Of a DNA stretch of 64,000 nt, positions 52,158 through 64,000 are shown in pieces; position 1 is the first letter of the stretch; each line of letters starts with the position of its first letter. The translations under genes were made by a program, and so were the position numbers. The notes under the pieces were generated by a model that had not been told where the DNA came from, ran no database searches, and saw only the letters and a program-made list of their open reading frames with translations. The stretch comes from Paragordius varius (taxonomy: Eukaryota > Animalia > Nematomorpha): assembly GCA_964247055.1 (NCBI GenBank), contig OZ176054.1:3162001-3226000 (forward strand), read 5' to 3'.

Positions 52158-55096
52158 TTATCGTTTTAACAACAAGCTATTGTTGGAATGAGATGACGTA
52201 GCTGATGAGCGTTGTGAAGAATTTGAATCTGTATTGGATGAATCTTTACCAATTGCTTTTTTATCATTCGCAATATTTTTTGGTTTCAAATCTGGTACTT
52301 TTTGCTTCAAAAGACTTGAATCAGATTTTGGGCTTTTTTCATCTCCAATAAATTGTACATGAGTAAAAGGAAATGTTCCATATCGACCTCGCAATTCACC
52401 TTCCCATTGTCCATTCATAGGAGTTTTCATTACATTTATTATATCACCAACCTATTATAAACAATATATATTTAGTTAACCATATTATATTTGACGTTTT
52501 ACTAATTAGTTCATGCTATATGCTATAAAATTTCCTTATTTAGATTAATGTCCTAGTTTTCACGTTGTTATCGTGTAATTGAGTAGTACCAAAAAATTTC
52601 CATCGCCAAATCAAATTGTTTTTTATCTGGGCCGTGCACCATAATAGACAATTGCATATCTGACATATACAGATATTTTTACTCTGAATTATATCAAAAG
52701 ATTAAATGAATAACCAGATGTTTAAACACTTTTATGGCCGCGGCTTGATACCATGTACACTTCCCACAGACAATTATTGGTTATGTTAAGAGTTTAAATT
52801 GGAATCATGTTTTAATTTGCAGAATAATATTAAAAATAATCAAAGTTGAACCTTGAATTTTTGTTTCCCAAAAAAGTATCATGTTCGATATATTTTTACA
52901 ATTGGAGTATTAGTATGGATTAACATTAAAATTCCTTAAACAATACACCCTTGAAACATTTTTATTTATTGCATTTATTTCTCTATCAAATGCGTTAACT
53001 GAGCAGCTTTTCTTGTTTATTATGTACTTTTTAATTTCAAATTATACTTAACCTATATGGTGATTCGTTAATTTGAGAATTTTAATCGTTAATTTAATCA
53101 AAAAGGTAACAAAGAATTGTTATGATTAGCTATAATCAATAAACCGCCAGACAATGAAATAGAATAATTTACTTCATAATCTATAAATTAATTTGCAATC
53201 AACAATATAAACAAATTATCAGATCAAACTTACCAGAGATTAAAATAGAAATAAAAAATTATTGCTGACCGAAGTTGGCTACATCTTATGAGTTGTCTGT
53301 TATTTGGAGAATTTATTTGTAATTACAAGTTTATTCTTGTATTTTATGTTAAAATATAGGCTAAAACTGAAAAACAATAAAAGCCGCCTCTTACGACCAA
53401 CGGTATGGTTAAAAAATCATAGGGTCTACAAAAAAATATAGATACCAATCCACAACAGACAATATTTATGTAGTGCGTTTAAATATTTATGGCAAATCTG
53501 AATACAAAGACAACATTTTTTCAAGCAAACGCATTATTTTTATATTTAAACGCAACACTTTTTAAGCAAACGCACTATTTTTTCATCCAAGCATAACATT
53601 TTTTAAAATGTTGCGCTTGCTTAAAATATTGCGTTTGGTTGAAAAATGCTGCTTTTGACTGAAAAATGGTATTCCTAGGCAATATCTTATGCGGTTAGCA
53701 AAATGAAACAATTATGGTAAGGGATGATAATTTTCTCTGTATTCAATTTTTTTAAAAAATATCTGGGATTTTTGGATTAAACAATCATATCTAATCCATG
53801 ATTCTAATAATTTTATTTTTTTCTCTTTAATAATTAAAGTTTGTTATTCAAGACTCCAGATTTTTAGTCAAAAATAAAATAATGTACTGAATATAATCAA
53901 AGGTCAAAATGAACTACCTTGTATTAGGATATTTAACTATTTTTGAGTCAAAAAAATTGTAAATTCTTACTGTAAACCCCAAATATAGATTTGATCGAGT
54001 TTCAATAAGGGTTAATGGTAAATTGCAATGTTAAAGTAAGATTTAGATTACAAAAATAATTGATTTGGTATCTAGCAAAACTTTAATTATTTTATGAAAT
54101 ATATAAAATTAATGAAAAAGTATTAATATATGTTATTATTTTTTCGTATCTAAACTATTCATCATTCGAAAATTAAAAAAAAACCTTTAGGGTTAGCGCC
54201 TTTTTATCGTAAGCATTAGGGTTTCTAGGGTATTTAACGATGGCTAAAGCTGGCAGTTTTCGTTGTTCATAAACTGAATTATTTGAATGACCGTTACCAT
54301 TAAATAGTAATGAATTTTGTGGAGAAGTTATGTGAGATGACTTAACGTTATGATTTGGTTGAATGGGAATTTTAGTATTAGCGGAAGAGTGGTGAAAATT
54401 ATTGAGCAATAGAGATTTTGAAGGCGTTTTTGGTTCTGAGGTGTTTGTAGTATTAGGTGTAAAATTTAATTTTGTGTTAACCTGCAAAAAAGAGTAAAAG
54501 TGTAAAGATTATATATATTGGTATATCAATAAATTTTAAATACCGGGAATAAATAATTTGCTGGAACTTGTCCAGTTTTACTGTCGGAATTAGATGCAAA
54601 CCACCAATTTTCATCCGTTTTATATAAACCTAACAAAGTGTCTCCCTTTCCAAATGTGAGATCAGATGTATCCTAAAATATAATATTTCCGTACTTTGCC
54701 AGCAAAATCGAATTCGCTAATAAATTTTATTTTTTGAGCCTATATAAAAATATTAGTTACTGGTTTGACTAAACAAGTGGTATCTATAACATTATTTTTG
54801 TAATAATTAATTAAGTCTTGAATGGTTGGAAAAATTTCTTCTCCGATTTTGTATTCAATTTTATCGCCATTCAATCTTTTTACTATATAATGCCGTATGG
54901 CCGTATATTCTCTATCATTTCCATTAATGTTTTACTTTACGCATAGTACATAATCGCCCACGCATGTTGAACTATCTCTTATCAGATATGTTCCGATTTC
55001 AGGTTCTTCTGTAAGAATATTTTGAGCCTCTAGTCTTTTTATTGCCCCAAAATACCAATTTGTATTGGTTACACCCGTTTCAGTCGATAAAACCAT
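52158..55096 (-). CDS. CRK: Crk-family SH2-SH3-SH3 adaptor, 358 aa, with 24-, 21- and 22-nt micro-introns
   Basis: Exons 55096-54936, 54911-54761, 54739-54695, 54672-54544, 54481-54185, 52451-52158 (1,077 nt). SH2 WYFGAIKRLEAQ...YLIRDSSTCVGDYVLCVK|EYTAIRHYIV...YKIGEEIFPTIQDLINYYKNNVIDTTCLVKP. nSH3 FISEFDFAGK|DTSDLTFGKGD...ENWW...GQVPANYL. cSH3 PRNPNAYDKKALTLK|VGDIINVMKTPMNGQWEGELRGRYGTFPFTHV. Confidence 0.93.
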
Positions 55097-55369
55097 TGAT
55101 GCAGAAAACCAAATGATAGCCAACAGACGTAAAAAATATCCTGATCAAACATGATGTAAAAGTGCATCAGAATTATAATAGTTGTTTTAGTATTGCGCTA
55201 GAGTGATTTAAGGTGCTATCACCACTTTAATAGTAATTTCTCCATATAATGTATTGCAAAATTTGCGAAGATTTTGCTTACATAGGGAAGTTAACATCAT
55301 TTCAAAAAATTTCATCAACACTGATTTAAATTAGGGTTAAATAGCCCATATTATATTTTAATTGATATA

Positions 55370-55853
55370 TTTAAGAAAAATCTAAAACAAACGGTCCCAA
55401 TTTAAATTTATGCTTTTATCATAATAAATATATAGAAATAAGCCGAAATATAAACAAACTTAGTTTTGAAAAAAGTTTCATCTCAAACTACTTCGAGGCC
55501 ATTTTTGTTATACAAAGTATTTGTAAAATATCGTATTTTAAATTTAATAAAATTAAAAATACTTTTCATATGAAACATTTTTGGAAACTGAAAAAGTGTT
55601 CATGTATTATTTAAAAATTTAGCGTATGCACACATCTCATGTTGTCTAAATATTTATCTCTGGATTTTCCGTCAAAATTACTAATATCAAGCATTATTGA
55701 ATTTTTTATACCATTAATATTATATAATAGTAAACTTTTGCCATGGTTTGAATTAATTACACATTTTTTGAAGTATTTAGTTTTAAACAGGCTGTCTCTA
55801 ACGATCCTAATTATTAAAGAATTGAGATGAATGTGTTGTATCCCAGTCTTAAT
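55370..55853 (-). mobile_element. Diverged copy of the TTAA piggyBac-like MITE
   Basis: Contains GGTCCCAATTTAAATTTTATGC, AAACTACTTCGA and CCATGGTTTGA, and ends GAATGTGTTGTATCCCAGTC-TTAA, collinear with 50222-50795. Confidence 0.6.
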
Positions 55854-56105
55854 AAGCACTCTGTCCGAAATCGCGGACAAATATATCCTCAAAAATATTA
55901 AATCCGATAAAGAAATGTATCAGGATTGTCAGCTGCTTTTGGTTCCCTTACGCGTAATAAAGAAAGTTATTTACAACTTTGTGGTATCTCTTTACATCCA
56001 CTTGATAAAATATATATGTGCTGATAGAAAAATATATGATTATTATTGTGCATATTTTAGCCATATTAATGATTTTAAAAAATAATTATTTCCACCCTTT
56101 GTTAG

Positions 56106-56889
56106 TGCTCCATATCAGAAAACAAAATATGCTCACATTTTGTTAAGTAAATTTTTTTGTTAAGCTAAATGTTCCCCAAAAAAATATATACATATAAAAA
56201 GCAAATCAGTAACTTAATAGAATTTTAATAATTACATGTAGGCTCCTGGATATTTTGCATAAAAATGTAATTTATAATCGTTGAATACTTAAATTATTTT
56301 GAGGCATGATAACGGTATAAAAACACCTTGAAATATCAAAAACCCTTTTTCTACTTAATTTGATGATGATGAACATATTATTTACTTTTAAATTTGGGTA
56401 TTTATAAAAAACAATATATATTTGGCATAAATTTAAAGACGATTCAACAATATAATATAATTTCTAAGATGATATAAATATTTATTATCATTAAATAATA
56501 AAGTTTTTATAACACTTAAAGCGTTGAAAAGGTCATGCCTTAATATTGTATGAAGTATTCAACAAAATTTTGCTCTACATAAAAATAAGCATATTATCTT
56601 ATTTTTTCGGATAAAACTTTTTTGATGTCATAATTGAAACATATATTTATTTTATCTCATACTCCACTTTTACGTTATTTTAACGAAATTAGCTCTTAAG
56701 GGCGAAATTAGAGACTTTAAAGCCCACGTGCAAAAATTAAAATTTTTCCTAAACTATTGTTTTGCTATTTATATGTAGCTTATAATATATATTAATATTA
56801 TATTTTTTGGAATGAAGCATTTTGCTTTCTCTAAAAAAATTTAATTTAAAAAAATGTTTTCAAATTTTGCCATTTTCTGATATGGAGCA
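56106..56889. mobile_element. Possible MITE bounded by 17-bp perfect inverted repeats
   Basis: TGCTCCATATCAGAAAA (56106-56122) / TTTTCTGATATGGAGCA (56873-56889); no convincing TSD found. Confidence 0.35.
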
Positions 56890-59638
56890 TAAAAAAGTGT
56901 GAATATTTTTCAAATCAATCAAGGTTAAAGCAACTACATTTGAGTTGTTTTATCTTCATTCAAGGCGTCTTATATTGACATTCAACTCTGATTGCCTTAA
57001 TCTGATTGTGTTTTCCGCCTCCATTTAATTTAGTTTGTTCATTTGAGATGTTTTATGATATGGTTTCATTGGAATAGATAACCCAAATGTAGTCCTGAAA
57101 AAAGTAGGACTAATCATTCATGAAGATTCAAAATTGGGAACAAACATGCGATTTCACGGACAAAACTATTCATTGGCCAAAAATAAAAAAAAAATAAATA
57201 TTCTTTGAAAAGAAAAAATATGCTGATTTTTTTATCCGATAAATACTTTCAATTAACAAAGTCGTTCCCTTACAGTATTGTTTTCGAATATACCCCCAAA
57301 TTTAGTCAACATACATTTTCAATTGATAACAGTTGCTATTTATTAAAAAAGTTTTGAGAGTCAAAGATTTATAAATAGGTCATTGTTAAAATATTGGCAA
57401 ACAAAAATTAATTTACACAATGTTAGCGGGTTAAAACATGACAATTTATTCATAAAAGAATTAAATAGGGTTATTTTAACCCTATCTCAAATAATTTAAG
57501 TCGCCCTTTTTACGGTTTGTCTCTAAATTCTGCCCTGAGTATAATATATATTTAATATTTTACCACCCTTCTTTTAGATGTAAATTGTTGAAAAATCAAG
57601 CCGATCACAAATTTTATAAGTTAAGGCATACGCCCAGTAATTAAAAAGTTTTTCATAAATCCCTTTTTTGTGGATTGTGAAACTAATTATTGGCGGATAA
57701 AAAATTTTAAGGTTTTAAGTATTCGAATATTTGATCCAAACTTATTTTGATCGCTGACACAATTAAAATCTTGAATATTGGAAATAGTCATTTCAGGTCA
57801 AAGGTAAAGTTTAAAATTATTTGTATTAAATTCTTTTAAAATTATTTGTTTTAAATTCTTTTAAGATGTAAACATTATTTTTTAAACCTTCAGTGGCTCC
57901 TTCCCCCTTTTAACGCGGTTTTCTTCCCAAGGAAACAACCAAAACAAAATGGTATTAACAAAAAATGATGATGATTGATATTAGTAACGATTTAAAATAT
58001 TTTAGAAATTCTAAAAATTTAGTTTATTTTGATTGTTGTGTTTAAAAGTAATTATGGTATTAAATATTTTTTTACTCAAAAATTAATTTTGATAAATGAA
58101 AGGATCATAAGATTTTTTTTTAAAAAATGGATTGTGATTAAAATTGAAAACAGTTTAAGATATTTGTTAACTCATAGATCTGGTGCAACCTTTTAAGATT
58201 GAAAAATATTGGACGTGAGATCCAATTAGAGTTGCATACTATCCAAAAATATTACAAATTTCTGACCCTTAAATTGGCATATGAATATTATGGTATATAA
58301 TGTTATAATTGTGTAGTTTTTTTTATTTAATACCCCAATATTCTTGAATTTGGGTATATTAGGATCAGTTTTGAGTCAATCCAATATATAAATTATTTTA
58401 CTAACTATATTAAAACTATTTCTACACTCCATAGGTTTTTTTCCCTAAATTGGGTTTCAGAAACTCAAACAGGGACATTTTGAAAATATACAGTAGTCCA
58501 TGACGTCAAAATTCTGAAGAGAATCTTAATAATATCAGAACTTCTTATCAATAAATAGTTATAAAGAATAAAATAATTGAGCAACATTGTCTTAAGGGAA
58601 TATTTTTAATTATATAAGAATTTTAATATAAATTTTACCATTATAAATATAAATAGTTTTGTGCTAAGAATTAGCGTTCACTATCTAAGATTGGTGGTTA
58701 CCTGCCATTTAAAGCGAAAAAACCCATAATAAAACTTATTTTACACAAGGGGCTATTTAATTTTTTAATTTGATTGCACTCGAAAACAATTTTTTTGCCA
58801 TGCTTAAAGAATTCTCATAGAACATTAAATAAACTAAAATGACAAACTGCATTTTTCTGGCATTGGGAGAAATGTAAAAAATTAAACAATATATTTTGGC
58901 AACCGACCTCTTTTCATTTGTAATGAACTTCTTACATAAAAAGTGCATCGAATAATGTATTGCTTAGATATCCATAATTTTTTATAAAGATTGATTATAT
59001 AATTAAATTTTTTTCCTCTTAAAGCTCCTTAATAGCTATTAAGCGATTAAACTAATCACATATATATGTGAATATTAAAAGTAAAGATTTCACATCATTA
59101 AAATTGTTCAGAAATATTTATTATTGATATGTGTGATAACAATATCAAAGAAGTTATCATATTTTAGTTTATCATTATTAATCTTATAAAATTATTAATA
59201 CTAAAGAATCCCTCTTAATTTTTCATAGACAGGTAAAATGTTTTTGCGCAACATTTTTTTGGATCTTTTTATTTTAACAATTTTTTGTTTGATTACATAA
59301 TTGTTGGTGTGCTTCGCTTATATTCGGTTTATTATAATATCAAAAATTAAAATAAAATAAAATAATATATGTGTAATTAAGGAAAACGTGGTGTAATTAA
59401 AAAATTTATATTTTTGTTTAAATCAAAAGCGTATATACGCTTCTTGCCTTATATTCCAATGATTTTTCCGGCAACAGAATTCATACAATTAATTAACACA
59501 CATATATAAATGTACACGATTTTATTTATATAGTACGCAAAAATATATATTATAAATTAATTTTTTTTCGGCACAATCAATCCAAATTTTTCAAAACATT
59601 CTACAAGGAAACTAATGGCTTAAAATGTAAAAAATACC

Positions 59639-62600
59639 ATGAATCCATATACAGGAGTCTATATAACATTTCAATTATGGCTCTACTTTATGATAACATT
59701 ACCTTTAGTGCTTTCTACCGAATTATATTCTTCCATAGCTCATCTTTCACGGGCCTTACAAGGACAAAAGGAATTGCGGAATAATTTACAAGCATACGTT
59801 GCGGCTAAACAAACACAATTAGATGGGATAAAAAAGTAAGTTTTTTTTGAAATGATTTATATTCAGACGACTTTAGATTATTTTCGACACATTGATTCGA
59901 TTAAAGCATTGGCAGATAAAATGGTACAGTTAGAGCCAAAAATTATTCCCAAAAAATTCGACCATATTGTCAAGACTTAAATACTATAAAATTAGATATT
60001 TAGATGGGATAACATATTGGGGTATTTTTGTACCCAGAAAACAAAAATAAGCTTGGAGTTTCTTTCTCTGTTAAATTAAAATTAACATTTATTCTAAATC
60101 AATGGGTTTTAACTATTTTTGTCTGATCGCTTATCATCAATTATATAGTACCCCCACAAAAGTTATGGTTTTATGTTTTTCGGGCTAGAATATTAATCAT
60201 AATTAGCAAAGGATTTTTTAACAATGTTTAATTTTTTGAACTTGTATTTTTAAACTTTTTATAATAATATAATTTGAAAGCTGCATAATGTATATTTTAA
60301 AAATTAGTCCAACATAAGTGTTTATATGATAATTTAAATTTTAAAATTTAGCCTAGTCAAGTGCTTTTAGAGGTAATATTTCAATAAAACTTTATCAATA
60401 TTTGGATAAAACACTTAATTAATTATATGTAAATTTGTATTTAAAAATAGGAGGGACCTTGTAAAAAATTTAGCTTATCAGATAGAAACAAAGTTTTTTT
60501 AAATAACCGTATTTAATATCCATGTGTTAAAAAGATAAACTTAGCAGTAAGGTTTAAAATTTTTAAATCAAATCATTGCACTTCATTAGTTGTAATGTTA
60601 ATTGGTTGAAAACATTTTAACGTAAAAATTAACTTAATGATGTCCATGATATATTTGAATTTTACTGGTAAAAATTATTTTCCTCGTACGTTAGATTATT
60701 ATTGTTTCCAAGCCCCACGCCTTGAGGTAGGGTTTTTAAAAAAGAGAAGTTCTAAATATCAGGTAGACAATTTTTAGGAATAAGGATGATTTTATTCTAA
60801 TATAACGCCGAGCATAGTAGGCCCATTTTTATAATTTAGCCCCTTATATTTAGCCGCTCCCTATGTTATGAGTCTATATAATTAAATCACTAATGATATT
60901 AAGTATAATTAAAAATCAAATTCGCCCAGTCTTTTGTAAAATTAGCCGCTGAGCAGGGTCTAACTATACAATACGCCACCATGTCAAATTAACGGAACTT
61001 GTTACGGATAGTATAAGACCATAAGGATTTCATAAATGATATTAGTTATTTCTCATTTAACACTTGGATACAATACATTCATTTTAGTCCTTCGATTCAA
61101 ATTGGGGTAGTTGGATACCCCAGGCCTGTTTAAAAACAAATACTTTAAAAAGTAAGGAAGCAATCCAAACCATGGCAAAATTTTGCACTTATATAACATT
61201 AATAAACAGAAATATATAAAAAATTTTATTCGAAAATACTTGATATTACTTATTTTGAGCTAAAACTGAAAGATAGAAAATCAGTCGACGTGACATGTGT
61301 CAAATTGTAAAATTAAAAAATAATACAAAATAAACCGCTTTTTCTATTTCTATCAATGTTAGATGTAATTTATATTAAAAATAAGCTTTGGTTTTACCCT
61401 TAAAATTAAATGAAGACTATATTTTGCAAAATATTTGTAAAATAAAAATGGCGTCGAAGTAGTTTGAGATGAAACTTTTTTTTCAAAACAAAATTTTATC
61501 AAGATATTTTGGCATATTTATATAATATTTATCAGGATAGAAGCATAAATTTAAATTGGGACCGTTTCCTTCACTAGTTCTTTAAAAAATTTTAGTTAAA
61601 TTTAGTCTGGGGTATTTAGATACCCCAATTTGAATCGAAGTGTTAATAAACTAAAATTTTGGCCAGAAGCTTGCATAAATTACCACATGTTTAAGGTCGA
61701 CCATATGTTTAAATACGCATCCAAACTTAAACCGTATCTGTGATTAAATCTTTTACTGTTTATTGCAGCAAAAATAGATTATCTAATTACTAATTATATT
61801 ATCAAAAAATTACAGCGACGCGCGACAGGGCACAGATAGTGTATTAGTTAAACACATGTATTAAATTATAGTATGCACTCTAATTTACTAATTACTGAAT
61901 ATGATATACAGTAAGCAGATTATTAATTAGGGTCATTTAGTTTACTAGGGAAAAAATTTATGTAAACAAATACATTTTTTTTATTTCTCCTTTAAATCAA
62001 TTCTAATGAGGTATTTAACAGTCTATTATCTTTTGGGGAAGTTATATATCCCAGAGCAATTTGGAATATGAATATCTTAGTATTTATGGTATTAAGCGGA
62101 ATTGAAAAATTTTTTTAGGCGCATTAAATTTTTTTTTAATAACTGTAAAATTGTAAATAATCCTCATCTCAAACTTTTTTGCCGCCATTTTTTATAATTT
62201 TTTATATCGCTTATGCAACAGGCATTTAGTATATTATAGTTAAAAGTGTAAAGAATTAAGTTTAAAAAGCTTGGCTACATTTTCCAGCAAAAACTTGACT
62301 AAATATCAGCTGTTCGTTTCAATCGTGTTTTGGAGCTGTACCAATTTTAAACACCAGATGTCACAAAACTGAAAATATATTTACATGAGATTGTAATGAA
62401 ATTTTAGTAAAATAACCTTCAAATGCGTAGTTTATTAAAATTATTAAGCTCTGGGATCTATCTCAATATGTAAACTGGGACAAAAAAGTGAAAAGGTAAT
62501 GAAGTGAGCATGAAAAAAACGAAAAAAAATCACACTTGTTCACGCACACATAAAAATTGTTTTCCATATTGACAATTTAATAGATCCATATAACCAATAA

Positions 62601-63633
62601 TTTGATTGTTAAGACTGTTTACTAAATTCCTGAGCTACAAAAAATTCAGCAACTAAAAATATTTACATTTGCCATTAGGGTGTTAATCTGTTTTGATAAG
62701 TTCCAATGTAATCACGGATAAGTTGTGAATTCAGTTTATGCATTTTAAAGTAAAATGAGAATAACTGTATTTGAAAGCTCTGAATATATGAGGAGTTACT
62801 CAAACCTTATTAAATTGTTTTTTGCACATGCTCGAAGTTTTAGAAATGTTTTTGAGATATAAAATTAAAATAATAATTAGATTTGGGGGTGAATTATTTT
62901 ATGCTTTCTGCCTATAATTTTTTATTTTAACTAAAAAGTTTAAATAAATAAATAATTATTTCTAAAGCGAAATCAAATCTCAAGAACAAACATGGGAAAA
63001 TTGGTACTCAGGTACCTTGGAAAGCCCAAATTCATCCATTCTTACCCCATTTGTTCTAACGACCGTTGTTTTAGGTTATAAGCAGCTCTTAAAATTTGCC
63101 AAACGCCCCAAAGAGCCTACAGTTAAAGGTTTTAAATTATAATCTGTAAATTTTTAAATAAATTTTATATTTTTTATTACACATTTTGAGAATAATAGTT
63201 TAGAACAAGGGTCGCCAATATGCGGCCCGCGAAAAATTCGTAAATCTAAAGTTTGCAAGTATATTTCATAAAATCTTAATTTATTCAATTGGACACAAAA
63301 TAAATATTGTCTTCTTTTCTCATTTTACAGTCTTTATGTTTGAATATTAATAAAGTATTAACGAATATCCATCTCTATTTTAAGTGCGGCTTGCGAAGCT
63401 GTGTTTGGCTCCCCTAGTTATGAATAAATGTCAAATTTTGTTAAGACCTCACCAAATTTTATAAAAAAATTTATTAAATAGAATTTTTTAATCTGTAGCT
63501 GTTGAAAACCATGAAAAGTTTTTAGCGGATCATAAAGAATATTTCCCAGATTCGGAAGATTTGAATGGGGCCATACATGCCATATTGCGACTCCAATATG
63601 TTTATGGACTTGATACGGAAAGGTTGGTACAAG
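59639..63633 (+). CDS. P4HA: Prolyl 4-hydroxylase alpha subunit, 5' part (internal exon(s) unresolved; gene continues past the window)
   Basis: Exon 59639-59835 encodes a signal peptide plus ELYSSIAHLSRALQGQKELRNNLQAYVAAKQTQLDGIK, with donor AA|GTAAGT. Exon 63499-63633 encodes FLADHKEYFPDSEDLNGAIHAILRLQYVYGLDTERLVQG, matching the P4HA N-terminal FPxxEDxxGAxxAxxRLQxxYxL motif. Confidence 0.72.
61061..61642 (+). mobile_element. TTAA-flanked piggyBac-like MITE, 582 bp, inside a P4HA intron
   Basis: TTAA|CACTTGGATACAATACATTCATTTTAGTCCTTCGATTCAAATTGGGGTAG ... TACCCCAATTTGAATCGAAGTG|TTAA. Confidence 0.82.
61812..61840 (+). mobile_element. Degenerate Helitron-like 3' terminus, same family as 37592
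   Basis: ACAGCGACGCGCGACAGGGCACAGATAGT resembles the minus-strand end ACAACGACGTGTGACAGGGTACAGCTAGT at 37591-37619. Confidence 0.35.
63206..63416. mobile_element. hAT/Charlie-like MITE, 211 bp
   Basis: CAAGGGTCGCCAA...TGCGGCCCGCGA ... TGCGGCTTGCGAAG...TTTGGCTCCCCTA. The 8-bp flanks GTTTAGAA / GTTATGAA match at 6 of 8 positions. Confidence 0.65.
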
Positions 63634-64000
63634 GTATGGGTCAAAAATTATTGGGCTCTATATCAGGTATAAACAATTTTGGGATAAATTAAAATTAATA
63701 AACTAAATCTTGTTACAATACATATTGAAAATGAATCGCTTATCTTCCTTAAATTCTTAAGCAGATCTGTCTCACCAATTTTATATAAGTTAAATAATTT
63801 AAAATGGACCTTTTCTGACCAGTAACCAAAAAAAAGATTTTATAACTAATGAAGTCGTTTATTGTAAGCGGACCTTGTACAATGGAAATATTACACAATC
63901 CAAATACATTTAATGATAAAAATTATAAAGTTTAGTTCTCTAAATTTAAATTTCCAAGTCAAACTTAGCATATTAATTATAATATGATATTTTTTGTGTA

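Noticed and set aside
52202-52209. CTGATGAG resembling a hammerhead core
   Set aside because: It is the antisense of Crk Ser-rich codons, with no stem II hairpin or GAAA.
53520-53670. Degenerate ~20-bp AAGCAAACGCA(T/C)TATTTTT repeats with inverted partners in Crk intron 5; superficially array-like
   Set aside because: Irregular, decayed subterminal or minisatellite repeats without unique spacers of constant length; not a CRISPR array, and the context is eukaryotic.
51712-54935. Alternative explanation of the micro-introns as TAA/TAG reassignment or readthrough
   Set aside because: Two of the five (22 and 23 nt) shift the frame; all five have GT...AG ends; homology is collinear only after excision; and other genes here terminate normally at TAA/TAG.

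Overview
Very AT-rich metazoan (invertebrate-type) genomic DNA; the species cannot be determined from the sequence. All exon boundaries were reconstructed by hand. Genes: (1) a ONECUT CUT-homeobox gene (+, 6669-14096, 4 exons, about 1,810 aa, with a huge Asn/Gln-rich region); (2) a complete type I fatty acid synthase (-, 35069-16652, 32 exons, 2,878 aa, all catalytic motifs present); (3) an alpha-1,3-fucosyltransferase (+, 46297-47642); (4) a short PinX1-like G-patch gene (+, 51660-52090); (5) a Crk SH2-SH3-SH3 adaptor (-, 55096-52158); (6) the 5' part of a prolyl 4-hydroxylase alpha gene (+, from 59639, running out of the window). The FASN-FucT intergenic region is a transposon nest: a mariner relic, a Helitron-like end, a 228-bp foldback, and an intact 4.6-kb Ty3/Gypsy element (296-bp LTRs, GTTTA TSD). 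That element sits inside a roughly 670-bp palindrome whose two ~302-bp arms each carry a type I hammerhead ribozyme of the minimal, Penelope/retrozyme-like kind. The two most notable observations are this back-to-back hammerhead palindrome and five 21-24-nt GT-AG micro-introns in the adjacent PinX1 and Crk genes. None of the 31 FASN introns is shorter than 66 nt.
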